A stretch of 64,000 nucleotides of DNA, from NCBI GenBank assembly GCA_002706065.1, contig PAJM01000017.1:77044-141043 (forward strand), written 5' to 3'. This stretch comes from Methanobacteriota archaeon (GTDB taxonomy: Archaea; Thermoplasmatota; Poseidoniia; Poseidoniales; Poseidoniaceae). Below, piece by piece: positions 43,851-51,298 of the stretch. Each line of letters starts with the position of its first letter. Position 1 is the stretch's first letter. Both the position numbers and the translations under genes were made by a program. The notes beneath the pieces were generated by a model that did no database searches, had not been told where the DNA came from, and was given only the letters and a program-made list of their open reading frames with translations.

Positions 43851-44537
43851 ATGAACAAAGGGCTTGCCATTGCTGGTGGCGCTCTGATGCTGGTTTCACT
43901 GCTTGGCTTATTCTTTGGATTCATCGCAGTTGCAGGTCATGGACCAGACAGTGAGAACATCCTTCATGATACAGAATTTGATGGTACAACATTTGCCTAC
44001 GATGGCGAAGTTGTTCTTCTCGAAGTGTACGCGAAAGGTGATGTTGATTGTTATTCCTTCTCCATTACGATCACTGGCGAGGACTCCTTAGAGTACTTTT
44101 ATCCAAACTGTGAAACGGGTACAGACGTTAATGGCTACACGTATCTGGGCGACATCGATTTTATGGAAGCCGGAAACTACAACATCAACGCAGAAGGCGA
44201 TGTTGTGATCATTGATGCGGACGGACTGCTTGCACCTGTTTTCATAATGTGTGGAGGAGGGGTATGCTGCCTTGTCGGAATCATTCTCCTCATTGTGGGA
44301 TTGTCGGTAGGGCGCAAGGCTCCCCAAGTGATCTTACTCCAGCAACCTGATGGGAGCATGATGCAACAAACTGGAACCATGGTCCAACCGAATCAAACAA
44401 CTGTTCACCAATACATCCCACCGGTGCAAACCACAACGACTCAAGTCGCATCCGTACACCGTGATGAGACCTCTGCAGAACAAGTCGATCAATCTGAATA
44501 TGAGCCCTTTAGTTTTGAACACAAAAAGGATCCATGA
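43851..44537 (+). CDS. Two-TM membrane protein with ~110-aa extracytoplasmic domain and Q/T-rich tail (hypothetical)
   Basis: The start is 9 nt after the actin-like gene stop. TM1 'GGALMLVSLLGLFFGFIAVA', TM2 'VCCLVGIILLIVGLSV', tail 'QQPDGSMMQQTGTMVQPNQTTVHQYIPPVQTTTTQ'. Confidence 0.6.
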   Translation: MNKGLAIAGGALMLVSLLGLFFGFIAVAGHGPDSENILHDTEFDGTTFAYDGEVVLLEVYAKGDVDCYSFSITITGEDSLEYFYPNCETGTDVNGYTYLGDIDFMEAGNYNINAEGDVVIIDADGLLAPVFIMCGGGVCCLVGIILLIVGLSVGRKAPQVILLQQPDGSMMQQTGTMVQPNQTTVHQYIPPVQTTTTQVASVHRDETSAEQVDQSEYEPFSFEHKKDP

Positions 44538-45262
44538 TTGGCATGATCGCAAAAAACACTCGCGTTGTTGTTCTTACTGGTGCAGGGATCAGTGCTGAAT
44601 CAGGCATCCGTACGTTTCGTGCCTCAGATGGTCTATGGGAAGAGCATCGAATCGAAGATGTTGCAACTCCCCAAGGATGGCGAGACAATCCACAACTTGT
44701 ATGGTCATTTTATCAACAACGCAGAAGACAACTCCTCGAAGTTGAACCAAATCCAGGGCACATAGCTCTCGCTGAACTTGAACGGTATCTTGATGATTTT
44801 TTACTTGTTACTCAAAATGTCGATGATCTTCATGAACGGGCCGGCTCAAACAATCTCATCCACATGCATGGAGAATTGGAAAAACTTCGTTGTGAAGATT
44901 GTGGTCACATCGAAGCGATGATGGATGAGGAACATCTTACTGATGTATTTGTAGCATGCACTAACTGTGGGTCACGCCTTCGTCCGCACATCGTTTGGTT
45001 TGGTGAAATACCACTTCAAACGCATGAAATTGAAAACGCTTTGAGTCAATGCGATGTCTTCATTGCCATCGGAACGAGTGGACATGTCTATCCTGCAAGT
45101 AATTACTTACACAAAGCAAGCATGCATGGAGCACGAACAATATGCATTAATCTCGATCCTCCTGAGAACATTGAATTCTTTAATGACTTCTTTCAAGGTA
45201 AATCGGGAGAGTTGCTTCCTGAGCTTGTCGAGCAATGGATAAAGGATTCAACAGTGGAATGA
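44534..45262 (+). CDS. cobB: NAD-dependent protein deacylase (sirtuin, CobB/Sir2 class)
   Basis: 'VVVLTGAGISAESGIRTFR', 'TQNVDDLHERAG', zinc ribbon 'CEDCGH...CTNCGSRLRPHIVWFGE', 'IAIGTSG'. Confidence 0.9.
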   Translation: MIGMIAKNTRVVVLTGAGISAESGIRTFRASDGLWEEHRIEDVATPQGWRDNPQLVWSFYQQRRRQLLEVEPNPGHIALAELERYLDDFLLVTQNVDDLHERAGSNNLIHMHGELEKLRCEDCGHIEAMMDEEHLTDVFVACTNCGSRLRPHIVWFGEIPLQTHEIENALSQCDVFIAIGTSGHVYPASNYLHKASMHGARTICINLDPPENIEFFNDFFQGKSGELLPELVEQWIKDSTVE

Positions 45263-45297
45263 ATCAACTTCAATAATCATCACCGTTTGAGTAAAGT

Positions 45298-46827
45298 GTG
45301 GGTAGACAATCGCTTTCAGAACTCAAGTGGCGTTCTTACTTCCTTGAGGAGACGCCTGGAGACAAGCAAGTTGGCGGTCGACCACGACAAAACCCCGGTG
45401 TCTGTTGGTCGCGTGTTAAACCAACACTCGTTCCAAATCCAGTCTTGCGAATGTGGTCTGAAGAAATGGCTGAGACCCTCAATCTTGAGCAAGTAGACGG
45501 TCAAGTTCTCGGAGGCAATCGATTGGTTGAGGGGATGGACCCCTACGCACAACGGTATGGGGGGCATCAATTTGGAAATTGGGCAAATCAACTTGGTGAT
45601 GGAAGAGCAATCACCCTCGGCGAGGTTGATACAGGACCAGATGTTCTTGAACTGCAATTGAAAGGCCCAGGAAAAACACCGTATTCCCGATTTGCTGACG
45701 GAAAAGCGGTCCTGCGCTCTTCCATACGAGAATATCTTTGCAGTGAAGCTATGCACCATCTCGGAATTCCAACAACGCGGGCTTTATCCTTGGTCACGAC
45801 AGGAGAAAATGTTGTTCGAGATGTCATGTACGACGGAAATCCAGCACCGGAGCAAGGTGCAATTGTTTGTCGAGTTGCCCCGAGTTTTCTTCGGTTTGGT
45901 TCCTTCCAGATTCATTCGATGAATGGCGATCGAGCGACGCTCAAACGCCTCGTTGATTATACAATAGAACACCATTTTCCTTCGCACTCATCCGAATCCG
46001 ATGATGGTCTTCTTGCGTGGCTCGATCAAATCGCTTCTGAAACGGCGATTATGATTGCGCATTGGATGCGTGTTGGATTTGTTCATGGTGTCATGAACAC
46101 GGACAACATGTCGATTCATGGTCTGACCATTGATTATGGCCCCTATGGTTGGATTGAAGATTACAATCCAAATTGGACACCGAATACGACAGATGCTCGA
46201 ACTGGCCGATACAGGTTTGGCCAGCAAGCCCAAATCGGCGCATGGAATTTCGCACGTCTGTTGGAATCCATCAGCCCGTTGTTTGATGAACCTGAGCGTC
46301 TGTACGAGTGTCTGGAGACGTATTACAACATCTACGAGGAACATAATCGATCCATGTGGGTGCAAAAACTCGGATTGAATGAATTCAGAGATACCGATTC
46401 AGAGTTGATACAAAATCTGACCACTGTTCTCCAAAGTGTGGAAACAGATATGACCATTTTCTTCCGATTGTTGTGCACCCTTGAAGAACCGAACATCGCA
46501 CATCTGAAATCAGCCTTCTATGACACGGAATCAATTCCGGTTGAAGAATGGAATGCCTGGCTCAATGCTTGGTGGACTCGTGTCCAAGGCAAACCAGATC
46601 GGACGACAATGCAACAGGCGAATCCGAAGTATGTTTTGCGTAATTGGATGGCCCAATTAGCCATCGATGCTGCAGAAAAAGAGGATTACTCCATTGCTCA
46701 TGAGTTGTATGAACTTCTCAAATCGCCGTACGATGAGCAAGAAGAATTCGAAGAGAAGTGGTTTCAGAAGCGACCCGAATGGGCTCGACATCGAGTTGGA
46801 TGTTCGATGCTGTCGTGTTCCAGTTAG
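45298..46827 (+). CDS. selO: Protein adenylyltransferase SelO (YdiU/UPF0061)
   Basis: 'YAQRYGGHQFGNWANQLGDGRAITLGEV', 'LQLKGPGKTPYSR', 'HGVMNTDNMSIHGLTIDYGPYGW'. 509 aa. GTG start. Confidence 0.9.
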   Translation: MGRQSLSELKWRSYFLEETPGDKQVGGRPRQNPGVCWSRVKPTLVPNPVLRMWSEEMAETLNLEQVDGQVLGGNRLVEGMDPYAQRYGGHQFGNWANQLGDGRAITLGEVDTGPDVLELQLKGPGKTPYSRFADGKAVLRSSIREYLCSEAMHHLGIPTTRALSLVTTGENVVRDVMYDGNPAPEQGAIVCRVAPSFLRFGSFQIHSMNGDRATLKRLVDYTIEHHFPSHSSESDDGLLAWLDQIASETAIMIAHWMRVGFVHGVMNTDNMSIHGLTIDYGPYGWIEDYNPNWTPNTTDARTGRYRFGQQAQIGAWNFARLLESISPLFDEPERLYECLETYYNIYEEHNRSMWVQKLGLNEFRDTDSELIQNLTTVLQSVETDMTIFFRLLCTLEEPNIAHLKSAFYDTESIPVEEWNAWLNAWWTRVQGKPDRTTMQQANPKYVLRNWMAQLAIDAAEKEDYSIAHELYELLKSPYDEQEEFEEKWFQKRPEWARHRVGCSMLSCSS

Positions 46828-46830
46828 AGT

Positions 46831-47472
46831 CTACTCCTCTTCCCAACCATGTCGTCTTGCGAGATCTTGGCTCACGAGGGGACCACTGCAATGAGGACAT
46901 TTGTCGGATGGGGAGAGAAGATCAGGACGGATGGCGAGGACGGCCATGCACGTCGGGCAAGCAGCCAACATTTCGCCCTCTTCCAATTCTACCTCTGGTG
47001 CGGTTACCCGTGATGAATATCCTTGTTTGTACAATGGAGAAAAGTGGTATCGCACGCGCTGGAAAGAGCTGTATGATGCATAGGCCATGATGAGCATGAA
47101 CAGCAATCCACCTACTGCCCCTGCAAGAAGTGAGTATAAATTGACTAAAAAGAGAAGGAAAAAGATCACTGATGCAACAGCGAGAATGAGAGCTGCAGGC
47201 CAATATGCCCACGCCCTACGAGAACGGTAGGAATACCATGTCGATACGGTGCAGAAAAGCGGAACAGCCCATATGAGGAGGGCTATGCGTCCAAAATAGG
47301 GTGCTGCGAGACTCCCAAAGTCCCAAGCGATGAGAACGATAATCAAACTATCAATGGCCAAAATCAGTGATGTGCTTCGATGTGTTTGATCGAAGAGCGC
47401 AGAAAGCGTTGCAGAAGCACGTTGTCCTCCGGACCCTGCCAAGACGATGTCATCGCCCCTGTTGCCTGCCAT
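46831..47472 (-). CDS. Four-TM membrane protein with C-terminal zinc ribbon (hypothetical)
   Basis: Hydrophobic helices followed by 'CPTCMAVLAIRPDLLSPSDKCPHCSG'. I chose ATG 47472. The ORF extends to 47535. Confidence 0.5.
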   Translation of the reverse strand: MAGNRGDDIVLAGSGGQRASATLSALFDQTHRSTSLILAIDSLIIVLIAWDFGSLAAPYFGRIALLIWAVPLFCTVSTWYSYRSRRAWAYWPAALILAVASVIFFLLFLVNLYSLLAGAVGGLLFMLIMAYASYSSFQRVRYHFSPLYKQGYSSRVTAPEVELEEGEMLAACPTCMAVLAIRPDLLSPSDKCPHCSGPLVSQDLARRHGWEEE

Positions 47473-47550
47473 GATTGACGGAATCCGCCACCTCACATGA
47501 AGCCTTGTGAACAGCGAAGATGTCTTGATGGTCAATACTCTCGCAAGGTC

Positions 47551-48747
47551 ATGAGCGTCCGTGATACCGACGTTGAGAGGAAAGGGTCCAGTCTATCTGG
47601 AAAACGTATCCTTGTTGGAGTCACAGGTGGTATCGCTGCGGTGGACACTGTTCGTTTGCTTCGAGAAATGCGAAGACATGGAGCGGAGATGCTTGTCATC
47701 ATGACCGAAAGTGCGCAACGGGTCATCACGCCACTGGCTGTGGAATGGGCAAGTCAATGTCAAGTCATCACAGATTGGGATGGAGATATGAAGCAATTGG
47801 AAGATGTTGACGCCATACTCGTTGCCCCCGCAACGCGAAATACTGTTGCTGCACATCTCCATGGTATGCAACAGGGACCTCTACTAATGGCATTGAGTGC
47901 CGCTCGGTCACGTGAAACGCATGTGCTTATGGTCCCGAGCATGCATGCAGATTTGGCCGATGATCCAATCACCGATGACATCGTCGAGCGTTTGCGCGAG
48001 GAAGGTATCGACGTCATGTGGGGAGACCTCGAAGAAGGAAAGCGTAAAACCCCCGATCACAAGCATATTGTTGCTCGATTTGCTCATGGTATTCACTCCA
48101 AATCAGTGAATCGAAAGAATGTCGTCGTTACGCTGGGTGGAACGTACTCGCCAATTGATGATGTTCGAGGAATTCAAAACACAAGTTCGGGCAATACCGG
48201 TTATGCCATCGCTGATGACTTGTACCGGTACGGTCATGATGTCACGTGTGTTGTTGGTACGACCAGTGTTGAACAACCATCTTGGTTACCGCTGTGCATT
48301 CAGGCTAAGCAGCCTGACAATATGCTTGCAGAACTGAAAGCTCTCGCTAACGATGACATTCAGGCTTGGGTACATACGGCTGCCGTCCTCGATTACGTTG
48401 TTGATTCTCCTGCCGAGGGAAAATTAGCAAGCCAGCAAGGACCGCTTGAAGTTCAATTGGTTGAAGGTCCAAAGCATATCCAAGAATTGAAAGAAAAGGT
48501 CAGTGGCTCAACCCGAATTGGGTTCAAATTAGAGACTGGAATCAAGCAACGGGATTTGATTCACAGAGCTGCTGCACAAATCGAACTCTCAGGAATGACG
48601 GCTGTCGTTGCAAATCGTTTGGAAGACATCGGCGACCCATCAAAACCGAGAGGTTATCTTGTCGACAAGCAGGGTAGTCATTTTGTTCTTGAGAATCAAT
48701 TCGAACTCTGTGATGCTTTGCGGACCATCATTGAACGAGGGGATTGA
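47551..48747 (+). CDS. coaBC: Bifunctional phosphopantothenoylcysteine decarboxylase / phosphopantothenate-cysteine ligase
   Basis: Flavoprotein domain 'KRILVGVTGGIAAVDTVRLLREM', 'LVAPATRNT', and CoaB 'SPIDDVRGIQNTSSGNTGYAIA'. Confidence 0.9.
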   Translation: MSVRDTDVERKGSSLSGKRILVGVTGGIAAVDTVRLLREMRRHGAEMLVIMTESAQRVITPLAVEWASQCQVITDWDGDMKQLEDVDAILVAPATRNTVAAHLHGMQQGPLLMALSAARSRETHVLMVPSMHADLADDPITDDIVERLREEGIDVMWGDLEEGKRKTPDHKHIVARFAHGIHSKSVNRKNVVVTLGGTYSPIDDVRGIQNTSSGNTGYAIADDLYRYGHDVTCVVGTTSVEQPSWLPLCIQAKQPDNMLAELKALANDDIQAWVHTAAVLDYVVDSPAEGKLASQQGPLEVQLVEGPKHIQELKEKVSGSTRIGFKLETGIKQRDLIHRAAAQIELSGMTAVVANRLEDIGDPSKPRGYLVDKQGSHFVLENQFELCDALRTIIERGD

Positions 48748-48748
48748 T

Positions 48749-49354
48749 GTGCGTCGATTTGCTGTCATTGGCCATCGGGCAATGAGCAAAGGCAAGTTAC
48801 CACTCAATGACTTAGCAGGAGGGGCAGGGCGAATGGATGTTCTGATTCGCGCAGTCATGTCTGCACTTCTTACCTCACATGGACTACGGAGCGATGTTGA
48901 AGTAATTTTGCACCTCCAAGGAGGCCCGGGGCCAAATCGGCGATTGAAATTCGTTGGTTCTGAACTCAAAGGATTTCATGCTGAAGAACGGAGTGTTGCT
49001 GGTCTGATTGCCAAAGCCATTCGTGAACCTATGCCTGCAATTGGGCAATGGGTTCAACGTACACCTGGCCTTTATGATGGAGGTGGTCAATTCACTCAAA
49101 CGTTGAAGGAGTGGAGTGATTCGATACTCGTTCGGCTTGATGCAGATGGAGAGCGCCTCTGGAAAGAAAACAGCACCATCCCCCAGAAATCAACATCAAA
49201 CCATCCCTCGATCGCATTCGTGTTGTCCGATGATCAACCAATGGACACTGAGGATGGGCTTGCTCGCTCAATCGGATCTACGTGGTTGCAGGGCCACCAC
49301 GCTATTGCGATTTGCCATTTCTTGCTCGATGAGGGCGTTCAACTCAACCTTTGA
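48749..49354 (+). CDS. trmY: tRNA (pseudouridine54-N1)-methyltransferase TrmY (SPOUT)
   Basis: 'RRFAVIGHRA...LNDLAGGAGRMDVLIRAVMSALLTSHGLRSDVEV' resembles the Mj1640/TrmY N-terminus. I chose GTG 48749, just after the coaBC stop. Confidence 0.8.
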   Translation: MRRFAVIGHRAMSKGKLPLNDLAGGAGRMDVLIRAVMSALLTSHGLRSDVEVILHLQGGPGPNRRLKFVGSELKGFHAEERSVAGLIAKAIREPMPAIGQWVQRTPGLYDGGGQFTQTLKEWSDSILVRLDADGERLWKENSTIPQKSTSNHPSIAFVLSDDQPMDTEDGLARSIGSTWLQGHHAIAICHFLLDEGVQLNL

Positions 49355-50321
49355 ACCACGTTGGATGACCTGTGTCATCTCCATTGAGTGCATGAGCGAG
49401 AAGTTGATCGTCCAATGCAAGCGGATGTGTTTGTGGCCATGTTGGCAGTGAGGATATACTTGCAAAGCCTTCTGCAACGCAATCACAGTCGCCACCACTC
49501 ACCGTCATCGTATCGATGTAAGCGGCACCAATGGTGAATGTAGATTCGACTGCACCATGTTCACGTTCTGAAAATTTCACAGCATTTCGATACCAGCGCA
49601 TCCCCAATCGAGTGGTTTTGTATTGACCATTCCATTGAGGTGGAACGTTCAGATTCAGCATTAACTCTCCGTTACGAAATGCGTCCATCAGCTGTTGATC
49701 TGCTTGAGCATTACTACGTTCTATGGGTTGTTTCGGCCACGAGGATACATGTTTTGAGCGGACATCAATATGAGGTCTGCACAGATTTTGAGGGGTTTGA
49801 GGTACCAATGGGAGGACACGTTGCACGAGTTCGACTGTCGCATCAATGCCGGCGTGCATTCCTTCTGGGTCAAAGGAGGTATAGGAACTCGCAATCGCAG
49901 GAATGCCGTACAACCCTGCTTCTCGTGCAGCACCCATCGTACCACTGTGATAGGAATCCTGTGAGAGGTTTGGGCCTAAATTTACACCAGACAAAACCAG
50001 TGATGGTTCAACATTTGGCAAGACATGCTTGAGGCCTCCATCCAGTGCAACGATCATCGTGTCGCAGGGTGTACCATCGAGTGCAAATAAATGGACGCCG
50101 ACTGATTCGTCAAGATTCCATTTATCGATCAATTCACTCCTGTTGTGAAGATCGATTGGTATTCCAAGATTCAACTGCATGCTGCATGCAGACTTGTTTC
50201 CAGATGGGGCAAATGCGACAATGGGGATGTTTGCTTGGTTCAAGGCTTTCACCAAATACTCAAACCCTGGGGCTTCAATACCGTCATCGTTGGTCAAAAG
50301 GACCCATTTCTTTACCATCAT
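49344..50321 (-). CDS. surE: 5'/3'-nucleotidase SurE (long form)
   Basis: 'VLLTNDDGIEAPG', 'LSGVNLGPNL', 'HSGTMGAAREA'. At 325 aa it is longer than the usual ~250-270 aa. Confidence 0.85.
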   Translation of the reverse strand: MMVKKWVLLTNDDGIEAPGFEYLVKALNQANIPIVAFAPSGNKSACSMQLNLGIPIDLHNRSELIDKWNLDESVGVHLFALDGTPCDTMIVALDGGLKHVLPNVEPSLVLSGVNLGPNLSQDSYHSGTMGAAREAGLYGIPAIASSYTSFDPEGMHAGIDATVELVQRVLPLVPQTPQNLCRPHIDVRSKHVSSWPKQPIERSNAQADQQLMDAFRNGELMLNLNVPPQWNGQYKTTRLGMRWYRNAVKFSEREHGAVESTFTIGAAYIDTMTVSGGDCDCVAEGFASISSLPTWPQTHPLALDDQLLAHALNGDDTGHPTWFKG

Positions 50322-51298
50322 TCAGCCTCCATGATTCGGTTCTCGTTATGAAGTGATGTTTGGTTGGTAAGGTGTTCCCCATACACGATCGATACAATTC
50401 CAATCATCAGAATCGGCCCCCCGATCCATGTCCACAATCCTGGTATCCCTGTCGAGAAAAACATCCATCCGATAATAGAACCGAGGACTGGTTCCAACGT
50501 AACGCTGATTGAGATAAGCAATGGTGAGACGTACTTTAAGCAGTAATTGAGACCCGTGTGGCCTAAAATTCCAGCGATGAATGCAAGAAGAACGAACCAA
50601 ACCAAGGTTTCATGTTCAACATAGCCAAATGCTCCGAAAGTAGAATATTCTGGCTCAAGCAAAAAGGAAGCTGGTATCAGAAGTAGTCCTCCGATAAGCG
50701 TCACAGGGAAGGCATAGAGGAAGAGCGGCATCCACTCACGGAGGATTCGTCCACACACGATGTAGCCAACAACAAACACTGCGCCGAGAAAAGCGAGTTG
50801 GTCGCCGAAAATGGTTACAGAACGATCCCCTTGAACATCACCAGTATCGAGCATCGAGATTGCTGCTCCAGCAAACGCTGCAATTCCTCCTAGAGTTTCC
50901 AATGCATTCGGTTTCCGCACAAAATAGAGCATACCGATCAGAATGACAAGTGGATGAGCAGTGACGAATAGGAGCGAATGTGTAAGTGAAGTATAGTCCA
51001 AGGAGGTCACCCAGAACCCAAAATGGAGGGCAAGAAAAGCCCCACTTGCAGCGATCACTTTGAGTGTCGGAGGTTCAATCATCTTTGACTTGATTCCTGA
51101 ATCGATTGAAGTATATTGCCAAAATGCAAGTGGCGCAAGAATCAATGCCGTCAATTGAAGACGCCACGATGCCCTCAGAAGCGGGGGGATTTCATCAACA
51201 TGCGTGAAGATTGCCCCCGCACTTGAAACACCACAAATGGCAACTCCAAGCACCAGCCAAACATGTGCTGGAACCGAGCCACCTCGCATGTCGGTCAC
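50318..51298 (-). CDS. EamA/DMT-family transporter
   Basis: ~10 TM helices in two EamA-like halves. 4-nt overlaps with both neighbours. Confidence 0.8.
   Translation of the reverse strand: MTDMRGGSVPAHVWLVLGVAICGVSSAGAIFTHVDEIPPLLRASWRLQLTALILAPLAFWQYTSIDSGIKSKMIEPPTLKVIAASGAFLALHFGFWVTSLDYTSLTHSLLFVTAHPLVILIGMLYFVRKPNALETLGGIAAFAGAAISMLDTGDVQGDRSVTIFGDQLAFLGAVFVVGYIVCGRILREWMPLFLYAFPVTLIGGLLLIPASFLLEPEYSTFGAFGYVEHETLVWFVLLAFIAGILGHTGLNYCLKYVSPLLISISVTLEPVLGSIIGWMFFSTGIPGLWTWIGGPILMIGIVSIVYGEHLTNQTSLHNENRIMEAE

Noticed and set aside
44534-45262. Sir2 gene as a possible antiviral (Thoeris/DSR-type) defence effector
   Set aside because: It is a compact 242-aa canonical sirtuin with the GAGISAESGI NAD motif and the Cys4 zinc ribbon of CobB-type deacylases. 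It has no fused sensor, SLOG, TIR or helicase domain and no defence-gene neighbours.
46801-46827. Possible C-terminal selenocysteine (UGA recoding) in SelO, as in vertebrate SelO
   Set aside because: The ORF ends '...GCSMLSCSS' with a TAG stop. There is no in-frame UGA near the C-terminus, so there is no evidence for Sec.
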